Part shown: positions 44,276-55,486 of the stretch, one piece after another
Position numbering within the stretch: the first letter of the stretch is position 1
Layout of the letters: each line of letters opens with the position of its first letter
Source: Anolis carolinensis
Taxonomy: Eukaryota
Length of the DNA stretch: 64,000 nt
Direction: 5' to 3'
Assembly: GCF_035594765.1 (NCBI RefSeq)
Contig: NC_085843.1
Span: 227,703,971 to 227,767,970 of the forward strand
The notes under the pieces: generated by a model
Seen by the model: only the letters and a program-made list of their open reading frames with translations
The model's database searches: none
What the model was told of the DNA's origin: nothing
Made by a program: the position numbers and the translations under genes

Positions 44276-45590
44276 AGGACGGATAAAGAGAAAGCAAAGC
44301 AAGCACTCAGGAAGTAAGGAAAGAAAGAGGCAGAGACCATTTTTATTTTTGAAATTTACCAGTAGCTGCTGCATTTCCCATCCTTGCCTTATACTCGAGT
44401 CAATAAGTTTTCCCAGTTTTTTGTGGTAAAATTAGGTACATCGGCTTATATTCAGATCAGCTTATACTTAAGTATATACGGTATCTACAACTGTGTAGGG
44501 GAACTACCCATCTATTCATTCTAATAATATTGGGTAAGCAGACACTTCTTCTGGCTTTACCACCCACCTTCTGATTCAAGACTTAATTCAGAATATTTCT
44601 CAAAGGTGCTTGAGCATGATCGTTGGCATATGTATATATCAAAGTCATAACCTCCTTGTATTTCTCTTTATATACACATGTTCCATAGAACTTCCAAATA
44701 ATTTATGCATACATAGACTAAATACACACAGCCAGGAACTCTGGAAAGTCTTTCTGACCATTGTGAGGAAGCAAGCCAGCTCACCAGTATGATTGACTTC
44801 AGATATTTAAGGGATAATACTTCTAATACCTATATTTAGCATTTAGTATAGATCTGAATACCTATAGAATTCAAATAATTCCATTTGTCTTTGTGAAATC
44901 TAGATATCTGTTTTTAAAATCTGCAGAGTTAATGCAACTGCCTTACTAGAGCACAATATTTAGTAACCGAATTCCAGATGGATTCTTAACCAAGAGAAAT
45001 AGCATCATCGGTGGTACGGGGTGTTTCCCCTGTATTCTAATTAGATTTGGTTTTCTACAGTAGAATCTGAGATGCAATTACTTCTTTTAAAGGGCTGATA
45101 GATTGAGATGTGTTCCAGATCAATGTGTGGATGAAAAACAGGGAGATACAACTGTGTAAAGAAATGATGCTATACTGACTAAAGATTCATTCAGTTGTGA
45201 TTCTCTCATACCTCATGTAATGAGATTTTTGGCACACCTTATTGATTTTAGCAATGGCCTTCTCTAGCATTCTGTCAGGAAAATATGTAGAGAAAGAAGG
45301 AACACTTAAAATGTATGTAGTATTGTTGATATATGTCAGGAGTTTTTAAATGATAAGTGGATGAAGACAGAGGCAAATAAAAGCATACTGATTTGCTGTT
45401 CTACCTAATGCTGTTTATTAAAATATAGTCGCCTTTATTGCACTAGATACCTTCAAGGCAACATGCAAGAGAAAACTTTTAATACCACCAATTTCAGAAT
45501 TCACAAATAGGCACATAAAGTTTCTAAAAATCCAAAAATGTATACAAATAATGAAATCAGGGCAAAAGCAGGTTTTTTAAAACATTGTTT

Positions 45591-46612
45591 TGGCAAATGT
45601 TGGAAGTGTGGGGAACATGAAGGCACATTCTACCATAGTTGGTGGGAGCCCCTGGTGGTGTAGTGGATTAAAGCCTTGTGACTTGAAGGTTGGGTTGCTG
45701 ATCTGAAAGCTGCCAGGTTCGAATCCCACCCGGGGAGAATGTGGATAAGCTCCCTCTATCAGCTCCAGCTCCATGCGTGGACATGAGAGAAGCCTCCCAC
45801 AAGGATGATAAAAACATCAAAACATCTGGGCGTCCCCTGGTCAACGTCCATGCAGATGGCCAATTCTCTCACACCAGAAGCGACTTGCAGTTTCTCAAGT
45901 TGCTCCTGACACACACACAAAAAAACATAGTTGGTGGACGCGCGAGAAAGCTAAGACAACAAAGAGTACCAAAAAAACAAAAACAAATTAAAATCAAATT
46001 GGAACCCAAATCATTCCTTTTAGGAATGTTAGATATAGAAAATGATAAAAAATAAGGAAGTATTATTCAACTACATGGTGATGACTGCAAGGATGATTTA
46101 TGCCAAACAGTGGAGAAATAGAGAGGTGCCAGGGACGGACTTATGGATTCTGGAGATCATGAATATGGATAGGCTCACGTATTTGTTAACATCTAATCAA
46201 GGCAAACTAAGAAAACAAACAGACTGGAGACCATTTAAGGAGTATCTAAAAAAGAGGATTGAAATCTTAATTTAAAGTAATAGAAATAAGAAAAGCAAAA
46301 CAACTGATCCAGATAGGGAAATAAAGGAAAAATGACACTAGAGACAGAAGAGACGTACAAAGAAGTGGAGACAGAATGAACTTTATTTATAACACCATAA
46401 ATAGATGGAAGTCACCATAGAATTTTATTTTACTTTATATTCCTGTTTTCTTTTTTTTCTTTCTCTCTTTTTGTCTTTGCTTCCTGTCTTCATTCTTACT
46501 GTTCTACAGTGGAATTGTTCTACATCTTTTACTGTAAAAAGAAAGAAACATAGTACCTAAAAATTTCGTTTTCTTTCTTTTTTGTTTTATTTTTTTATAT
46601 TATTTTTTTAAA
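45591..46612 (+). mobile_element. 5'-truncated, degraded L1 (ORF2 C-terminus and 3'UTR)
   Basis: KCWKCGEHEGTFYHSWW...KSFLLG...TARMIYAKQWR...QTDWRPFKEYL; 12-bp TSD AAAACATTGTTT (45579-45590 and 46613-46624) preceded by TT. Confidence 0.88.
45646..45925 (+). mobile_element. tRNA-derived lizard SINE nested in the L1 fragment
   Basis: 12-bp TSD CATAGTTGGTGG (45634-45645 and 45926-45937); B box GGTTCGAATCCC; A-rich tail. Confidence 0.93.
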
Positions 46613-46818
46613 AAAACATTGTTTCAGCCAGTTGTTGGAAAAAAACAGTGGATTAGCCATATAATCTACACAAACTGTGAGAAATGTTTTGCACAATCTA
46701 GTTATCACTATTTAAGTTTCATGATCTCACCCACTGACTTTCAGATAATTGAAACAATGATGCCCAGGAATGATGCTTTAAAGTCTGTGGAAGGGGCAGT
46801 TCTGAACTTTTATATATA

Positions 46819-49651
46819 CTTACTTAGGCGATCCCTCGTCGTTCGAGGACGATAGTCTTCCAACCTTGGTATCTTGGGTGTGTGTTCTTAGGTGGCTGAA
46901 GAGACTGATTCTTGACCCGCATATTCTCCCGCAGTGAGGACATCGGTTTCCAGGTGGAAGGCGGTCCCGGTCGGGGTTAGCTTGACGCTCCTTCCTCTTG
47001 GCACGTTTCTCCCTTAAGCCCTCCGTTTGTGCCTCTTCGAACTCCGCAGCACTGCTGGTTACAGCTGACCTCCAATTGGAGCACTCAAGGGCCAGGGCTT
47101 CCCAGTTCTCAGTGTCTATGCCACAGTTTTTAAGGTTGGCTTTGAGCCCATCTTTAAATCTCTTTTCCTGCCCACCAACATTCCGTTTCCCATTCTTGAG
47201 TTCGGAGTAGAGGAGCTGCTTTGGGAGACGGTGATCGGGCATTCGGACAACGTGGCCAGTCCAGTGGAGTTGATGGCGTAGGAGCATGGCTTCAATGCTG
47301 GTGGTTTTTGCTTCCTCAAGCACGCTGACATTTGTCCGCCTGTCTTCCCAAGAGATTTGCAGGATTTTCCTGAGGCAACACTGATGGAAACGCTCCAGGA
47401 GTTTGGTGTGACGTCTGTACACAGTCCACGTTTCGCAGGCGTAGAGCAGGGTTGGGAGGACAATGGCTTTATAAACAAGCACCTTGGTATCTCTACGGAT
47501 GTCCCGGTCATCAAACACTCTCTGCTTCATACGGAAAAATGCTGCACTCGCAGAGCTCAGGCGGTGTTGTATTTCAGTGTCGATGTTGACTTTTATGGAG
47601 AGGTGGCTGCCAAGGTAGCGGAAATGGTCAACATTTTCTAATGTTACACCGTTAAGCTGTATTCCTGGCTTTGCAGAGGGATTAGCTGGTGCCTGTTGGA
47701 AGAGCACTTTGGTTTTCTCGATGTTCAGTGAGAGGCCGAGGTTCTCGTATGCTTCTGCGAAGGTGTTTAGAGTGGCTTGTAGGTCTTCTTCTGAATGCGC
47801 ACAGACTACGTTGTCATCAGCATATTGGAGTTCTATAACAGATGTTGTGGTGACCTTGGTTTTGGCTCTCAGTCTGCTGAGGTTAAATAGCTTGTCATCT
47901 GTCCGATAGATGATTTCCACTCCGGTGGGAAGCTTCCCATCAACAAGGTGAAGTATCATAGCGATGAAGATGGAAAATAAGGTCGAGGCAATGACACATC
48001 CCTGCTTGACACCTGATTCCACCTTAAATGGGTCACTTTGGGAGCCGTTGCTGTCCAAGACTGTTGCCATCATGTCATCATGGAGGAGCCGCAGGATGTT
48101 CACAAATTTGTCAGGGCACCCAATTTTTTGGAGGATGGTCCAGAGAGCGCTGCGATTCACTGTGTCAAATGCCTTTGCAAGGTCAATGAATGCCATGTAC
48201 AGAGGTTGGTTTTGTTCCCTGCATTTTTCTTGGAGCTGTCGTGCAGTGAAGATCATGTCCACTGTTCCTCTGGAGGGGCGGAAGCCATTCTGGGATTCTG
48301 GGAGGGTGTCTTCTGAGACAGGGAGAAGGCGGTTTGCAAGGATTCTTGCAAGGATTTTCCCAGCGGAGGTTAGAAGGGAGATACCATGATAGTTCCCGCA
48401 GTCTGTTCTGTCCCCTTTCTTGAAAAGGGTGATGATGGTGGCATCCTTGAAGTCTGCTGGGATTTTCTCGGTCATCCACACTTTTTCAATGAGCTCGTGG
48501 AGTTGTTGTATTAGCTCAGGTCCACCCTCTTTGAAGATTTCAGCAGGAATCCCATCAGGTCCGCTGGCTTTGTTGTTTTTTTGTTGTCTGATGGCATTGC
48601 TGACTTCTTCCAAACTAGACAGTGCTGCAAGCTCATCCCTGGTTTGTTGTTGCGGGATTTGTGAGAGGGTCTCTTCGCCCACATTGGAGCTGCGATTCAG
48701 CAGGTTCTGGTAGTGCTCTTTCTAACGTAGTGCAATTGATGTTTTGTCCTTCAGAATTTTGGTTCCATCTGATGAGCGTAGGGGCTGTATGCCATGGTTT
48801 CTTGGTCCATAAATGATCTTTGTGGCTTTTAAAAATCCCTGAGCGTCATGGGTATCTGCAAGGTGTTGGATTTCTTCAGCCTTCTTTGTCCACTAGATGT
48901 TCTTGAGTTCTCTGATCCTTCTTTGGACCTCAGCTTTTGCACTGGCATAGATCTTTTTCTTGGCAGCACAGTTGGTGTCTCTCTGCCATGTTTGGAAGGC
49001 TTTCCTTTTGTTATCAATCAGTTGTTGGATCTCTTTGTCGTTATCATCAAACCAGTCTTGATGTTTCTTGGTTTGGTATCCAATGCTTTCTTCGCAGGCT
49101 GTGATGATGGAGGTCTTCAGTTTGTTCCAATGTTCCTCAACATTTTCGGGGTGTTCTGTGGGTAGATGATCTTTGAGTGTTGTTTGGAGAAGGGCTTGTT
49201 TGGAGGGCTCCTGGAGGGCTTGGGTGTTCATTTTGCGCCTTGTTTTTCTTCTTTGGAGTCTGCGTTCGGGGATTATCTTGATAGCCATCGTGGATCGGAT
49301 TAACCTGTGGTCCGTCCAGCAGACATCAGCACCTGTCATGGCTCTTGTGAGAAGCACATCGTGGCGGTCTCTGGCACGTGTAATAACATAGTCCAAGAGG
49401 TACCAATGCTTTGACCGAGGGTGCTTCCATGATGTCTTGAGCTTGTTTTTCTGGTGGAAGAGCGTGTTGGTGATGACAAGGTTGTGCTCTCCACATTTGG
49501 TGAGAAGCAAGATGCCATTCGAGTTGCTGTTTCCGACCCCGTCTTTTCCTATGATCCCTGGCCACAGGTCAGAGTCCCTTCCGACTCTTGCATTAAAGTC
49601 CCCCAGGAGGATGATTTTGTCCTCCTTAGGTATCTCCGATAGGATGATATA
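46819..49651 (-). mobile_element. RTE-clade LINE, 5'-truncated
   Basis: APE remnant ILLGDFNARVG...WTDHRL; RT QGCV..YADD; C-terminal CPHC..H...H finger; (TAAG)n tail; probable TSD TTTATATATA (46809-46818 and 49652-49661). Confidence 0.93.
46820..49645 (-). pseudogene. RTE endonuclease-RT ORF broken by premature stops
   Basis: Same-frame ORF pieces 48893-49510 and 46820-48682, separated by TAG codons (about 48893 and 48722). Confidence 0.85.
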
Positions 49652-49774
49652 TTTATATATATTTTATACTTATCAGAATTTTCTTCACAAAAGTCACCAG
49701 AAAGAGCTTGCTGGGCTAAGCAGTTCCTTTTTTTTTTTTTTTAGTTTGAGTCCTCTGTGAACAAAGGTTTATTA

Positions 49775-50035
49775 CAGTGGCTTCTCCACAGTTGCAGCTT
49801 TGGCTTTTCCAAATTTAATTATTTCCAGATTTGAGTAAAATATTATCTCTGGAAATATCTAGGTCCTCCAGTTTAATTCTATGGGCAATTTCCAGTGGAT
49901 GTTGACCATTGAGTTGTACTGGAGGAGTTAGAGATTCCTGGATAGGTATTATCTCACCTAAAAATATAGCAGATTCTTTGTGGTTTTTCCAGTTTTTGTG
50001 TGCCCCTAACCCCAGTTAATGTGGAGGGATAGCTG
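49775..50035. mobile_element. old Tigger-like MITE
   Basis: TA|CAGTGGCTTCTCCACA...TGTGGAGGGATAGCTG|TA; internal quasi-palindrome. Confidence 0.6.
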
Positions 50036-50966
50036 TATTTTGTGATGCATTCATTCTCCTGCTGATTCTGTCACTGTGATGTCTTCAGAATGGCTCCATT
50101 GGTAAAAACTGGCACAGTTTTGCTGTTCTGGACTTTAGTGAACATCTGTACTAGATCCTGAGATTCAGTGGCTTTCCTTAATGGGCTGTAAAAAACTTTC
50201 TCTGAACATTTCCTTAGCTGCTGCTTTTGAAAAATATCCCTTCAACCATTTCTGTGTATCAGAGACAGTTACATAATTAGCTTCAAGATCATTTGATCTT
50301 TAATACCTACATATCAGCATTCCTCACTAGTGATGCCTTTCATCTAGCACTGTCAGGCTGCATACAAGGAAGGGAGGTACCCTTAATCATGTTGTGATGC
50401 ACTATGAAATATTAGCTCATGGTGAAAAGCAATGCCTCTTAGAAGGAAGATGAGGCTGTCTGGCAGCTCTAGGGAAGTCTCACTTACCATTTATCACCTG
50501 TTAAGGCTGATTCAGATCACAGCCAGCCACCTGTTATTTTCATCATTATCACGAAAAGATTAGCAGGGCAAGTCTCTTGGCTTGTAATTTTACAACTCCT
50601 GCCTAGGATGGTTAACATTCTGGGAATGACATGGATGCCAGCTACTAAACCAGGTTGTCTCTGTGAGTCACAGTAGTTTCTTTAGTTGCAGATGTGGGTT
50701 AAAGATGTGGGTTAAAACTCAGGATGCTGGCTGAATTTTCAGGGGATTGCTGTGGTTCTATTGGTATTGATGCATGTGGCACTGGAGGAAAATAATGTTT
50801 AATGTGAGATATATATTCAAGGCTTTATCATCAGCCAAAGATTCTTAATACAGGAGAAAAAAAGTTATGTTGAAGTCACAGGCCAACATTTTGTCTCAGA
50901 TGTTACTTCTGCTATCAGTTATCTACAATTTTGAACCCGTTAGCAGAAGCAGCAGACTTCAAGGTA

Positions 50967-51588
50967 CAGTGTTCCCTCACTTATCGTGGGTGTTCCGTTC
51001 TAGGACCACCTGCAATAAGTGAAAATCCACAAAGTAGGGACTCTATATTTATTTTAATAAATACTGTATAGCTTCCCTCCTGCCTTCCCTCTTTTAATGT
51101 ACAGTATGTACTGTATTAAACCATGGCCATCAAGCTGCGGAGGGCTTTGTGCATGGACTTGAAGGTGGGGCACCACTGCCGCCAATGCTCCGTGTATGCC
51201 CTGCTGCCACTCCGCATGTCCATGCCCCGCCTCTGCCAACGCACCGCACACGCGTGCCCCTCCACCACCGTCAACGCTCTGCATGGAGCATTAGCAGTGG
51301 TGGCAGGGAGCATGTGCAGAACGGCGGTGGCAGCGGGAACAGCACCATGTGAGGTGATGCTGTGCAGAATCGGGCCCTCAGGGATTTAGCTGGGGTGGGG
51401 GAGGAAAGAGGCCCTGCCCCAGCCCGGTGTTTTTTGAGGTGCAGGCCGGGCCTACTGGCACTGCCTGTGGGCAGCTGAGGAGGACAGGCTAGGCCAGACC
51501 GCACCCGTCAGCCGGGGCCCGCATCTGAGAAAACCCATGAAACAGCGAGTCCGCGAAAAGCAAACCACGAAGTAGTGGGGGAACACTG
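50967..51588. mobile_element. Tigger/pogo-like non-autonomous element with GC-rich interior
   Basis: TA|CAGTGTTCCCTCACTT...AGTAGTGGGGGAACACTG|TA. Confidence 0.8.
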
Positions 51589-52344
51589 TAGTTCAAAAAA
51601 TATAAGAAACCTGTAGCTTCAGGAAGAACTGTGTAGTTAAATGGCCTGTGCATGTACTTCAGGACTTCATACCATTTTGATTGAGGATTATCTTGTGACC
51701 TTGTCACAAGGCTTCTGACATCGCTCTGCTTCGTCAAGGGACAGGGGAAATCCAGTGCACCATGCCCTGCATCGCTCAGCTTCATGTGAGGGTGATCAGG
51801 TGGGAGAAGCCTGAGCATGTGTACTGCATGCGGCTTCCCCATGGATTCTATGGCAATATGGTAGGGCTTCCATATTGCCTTGGCAGCGACATGCACCAGC
51901 TCTGCCTTCCTTCACCCACGGAGCCACACTGGTATTATCTGATGGGAGCTGGCCAATTCCATGGGTGACCTTGGGCTAAAATTGGCACATGCGGCCAATT
52001 TTAGCCCTTTGTGATGAGATTAATAGAGTATCAGCATTGTGAATTGTAAGACTTCTTGTTGTTAAATTCCTGAAACAACAGTGAGGAGCTTTGGGAAGGG
52101 GGGCTCTAAGTTGATTGGTGGTGAGTGTCATGATATCTGGGAAAAACTCTCCACATATCACAAATGCTATGGGTAAAGCAACCTGGAATGTTACTCAAGA
52201 TCTTTAATGTTACACTTTATACCACTGTAGCACCTATAGCTCCATCCTATGGAATCAACCCCTATTTTGACCTTGAAATCTCAAAAGAATGGGATGCTGC
52301 TGACATGGCAACCATAGTGTAGAAGGGTGCTTGCAGATATGGTA

Positions 52345-52885
52345 ATAGATCTAACAGCTTGATCCACTTTTTACTTATCCAAGTCAGGCCTCATCTGGAG
52401 TACTGTCTTCAATTCTGGGCACTTCATTTTAAGAATGGTATAGACATATTGGAGCACGCCCAGATAATGGCAACAAATATAAAAGGTGTGGAGAACAAAA
52501 CATATGAGAAGAAGTTGAAGGAGCTGGGCATGTTCAGTTTAGAGAAGGGAAGACTGATGATTGATATGATTGCACTATTTAAGTATCTTAAGGACTATGA
52601 CAGAGAACAGGGGGCAGGCCTATTCCCTTCTGTAACAGAGGGTAGGACCAAGACTCATGGCTAAAAATTACAGGTAATGTATTTCCATTGAACATTAGAA
52701 GGAACATCTTGACAGTAACAACAATTTGGCAATGAAACTAATTGACCAGAAAAGTAGTGGGGCCTGTTTCTGGGTGATTTCAAAAAGAAGCTTGACAGTC
52801 ACCTGCAGAGCATGCTTTAGTTGGTGATCCTGGTGTTAGATCTGATGGCTCACAAAGTTCCTGCCAACTTTATTATTCTACTCAT
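52345..52885 (+). mobile_element. CR1/L3 LINE 3' fragment
   Basis: VRPHLEYCLQFWALHFK...YEKKLKELGMFSLEKGRL..DMIALFKYLK followed by a CR1-type 3'UTR. Confidence 0.9.
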
Positions 52886-53181
52886 AATCACTTTTGTCTT
52901 TGAGAACAAACATTTCCTTTAAGTTTCTGAGAACAACAAGATTGTCTTTATCTTTCTGGGGCTTTGTCCAATTAATTCTGATACACAAAAATGTTTTCTT
53001 CCGTCTCTTCCCACAACAACTAATAGGAATTTGAGTTAAAAATGTCAAGAGACATTAAGCATGCACTATCTCATTAGAGAAAGAAAATAAAACCAGACAC
53101 ATGATATAAAAATGGCATGGTCAACCTGTGCTATTTCAAGATCTTTGGACCAGTAGAATCAATAAGTGGTTGTCAGTTCTA

Positions 53182-53600
53182 CCGTGTTTTCCCGAAAATA
53201 GGACAGTGTCTTATATTATTTTTTGCTCCCAAAGATGCGCTAGGTCTTATTTTCAGGGGATGTCTTATTTTTCCATGGAGAAGAATTCACATTTATTGTT
53301 GAACAAAAAAAGAACATTTATTATGTTCAGTAGTTTTTATTACAAACCAACATAATCAAACCAGACAAACTGTGACTCCTGTCAAGAATTTCTTGTTATT
53401 ACCATTATTTCCATATACAAGTCGTATTTACATTTACCAATCCTGCATGCTCTGGTGTTTTGTTTGGCGGGCACCAAGCATGCTTCCAAACAAAAACTTT
53501 TCTAGGTCTTACTTTCAGGGGAGGCCTTATATTTAGCAATTCAGCAAAACCTCTGCTAGGTCTTATTTTTTGGGGATGTCTTATTTTCGGGGAAACAGGG
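53182..53600. mobile_element. Tc2/pogo-like MITE
   Basis: TA|CCGTGTTTTCCCGAAAATAGGACA...TGTCTTATTTTCGGGGAAACAGGG|TA; internal repeats CTAGGTCTTATTTT. Confidence 0.88.
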
Positions 53601-54988
53601 TATGACACATTGTAAAGACAGTTGCAGCACTATCATTTTTGCATGTTTTTCACCATTTTAAGTACTTTTGAGTGATTGTGGCTTTGGAGCTGCGTAGTCC
53701 TCCACCATACCTAAGCTAGAAAGCAATTAATTTAAATGTTAAGGGGAGAGCCTTATAACAAAGAACACTACATCATCCAGGCAGAAGACATAAACATGCC
53801 TCACAGAAGTATTCCTCTGATCGGAATAATTTAATTAACTCTCAGCAAGACAATTTCCACCATGATTCTTTCTCTCCCACTTTCAGGGATGGTGCCCAGG
53901 GTTACTCCCTCACAAACAGAGCAGCCACAGTGTCTGGTAGACCAACGTGCTCCAGATGTCAGGAGAAAAATCCCGTTTGTGTTTAGATGCTTTATCAACA
54001 AAAGTGGATTTCATTGTAAGATGTTAACAAAATGCCTCAGCAAATACTGAAAATATGGCTAAATCTTTTGCCTTAGTGTCAATTGAATCACTTCCAGGAG
54101 GGTATTTCAGAGTCAGGTGCCATTTTCCTTTATGGCTTCCAATTACATTCTGATGTCAAAAGCACTCAGATAAGAACCAGACCTGATGCTCTTCATATGT
54201 TGTCAGGCAGGTATGATGAGATGTGCTCTGTATGTCCAGAAGCTGTTTCTCCCTAGAATATTGGAATGGAAGATAAGAGTTGGTGTCTTCCACTTTCCAT
54301 TTCCTCCTATACTTTCAGAGTTTGGAAAATGTATTTGTTTGGAAAAGAGATGGCAGAAGCCTCCAGCCAGAATTTTCTCTCCAGGAACCCTTGACTTGCA
54401 TGTCACTAAGCTAGGGATTCCACAATCTAAATATTTTGAGAACTGGCATTGCACTTCTTCATGCTTTTCACACTAAAGATTGCAGAAATAGGAATATCAC
54501 AGTAGTGGCTGGTAGGGTGAGGGTTCTAGACTTTCCTGGTGGAACAAACAAAAATTTTGTATACATTTGGAACAGGAAAATGATACAAACAGGAAAAAGT
54601 TAATTCCTGAGTCCTGAATCTAATCCAATTTGGAACTTTCTTAGGCTGCATTTAAAATCTCTAATACATGGCCAGTGGTGATGTTGAAGTAATACTTTGG
54701 CACAGATATCTAAGGTATCATAATTCAGTCTCTTGTGTTGGAAGATTCAGATAAAAACAAGGTTATATTTCCAGGAATCTCAATCATCTGAATCAGAAGA
54801 GCCTGACATTTAGGATGGGGGCGGGGGGAGATACTCTCCAGCATAAGGCAGCACCCACTAGAAACTGCTTACTCATTTCTTGAGTAAGGAAGAGACAAGG
54901 AGAGATTTTGCCACTCCCAGCAGTTAGTAAGTAGAAGATTCTAACAAAATTAGGTATCAAGTGTCTGGAGACAGCTCTCTATAAATCA

Positions 54989-55164
54989 CTAGCTGTGCCC
55001 GCCGACGCATTGCTGTGGCTAGGACTTTATTTTTCTTTTCTTTTCTTTTTGTTGTATGAACGTAGAGGCATGGATGAGAGGGTGTGCTGTCAATTTTCAA
55101 GGTTGTGGGGTGTTTAGTTTAGTTGTTTTGTCCAGTGCCGTGATTCCATTACCCTTTTATATAT
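54989..55164 (-). mobile_element. short non-autonomous Helitron (core of the 22013-24141 family)
   Basis: A|CTAGCTGTGCCCGCCGACGCATTGCTGTGGC joined directly to TAGGACTTTATTTTTCTTTTC..., which matches 23978-24110. Confidence 0.75.
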
Positions 55165-55436
55165 TCAGCCATTCCCTAGCAACTATGTTGTTGTCAACCC
55201 TTCTTTTTGATGATTAGCAGTACTCTTTGGAGTTTATGTTTTCTTGACCTTGGACTAGCTATAATTTACAACTCTGTTTTACTTTTACTGGCTTTGTATA
55301 TCTGAACTACTGGCTTGCTGAACAATGTCTGGACTGTTTGACAGTCACCATTTTGCTTCTTCTTTCATCGTACTGCAGACACTGTGACTGTCCTGATTTG
55401 AATTAATTATTCAAGTCTCTTGTATTGTGATATAGG

Positions 55437-55486
<50 letters not shown>
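55437..55486. repeat. (GATA)n microsatellite
   Basis: About 12 GATA units. Confidence 0.95.

Larger units (their letters stand above)
35796..44481. mobile_element. Tc2/pogo-like non-autonomous DNA transposon shell enclosing nested elements
   Basis: Left TA|CCATATATATTCGAAAATAAGCCGA; right end, reverse-complemented, TA|CCGTATATACTTAAGTATAAGCTGA; both subterminal regions contain CTTATA(C/T)T(C/G)GAGTCAA. That the two ends belong to one element is inferred. Confidence 0.6.

Noticed and set aside
53865-53945. Good polypyrimidine/AG acceptor followed by a short open frame
   Set aside because: Weak donor (GTAGAC) and no recognisable peptide; cannot support an exon.
54700-55430. Possible solo LTR around the short Helitron
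   Set aside because: Composition is LTR-like but I could not define TG...CA termini or a TSD.
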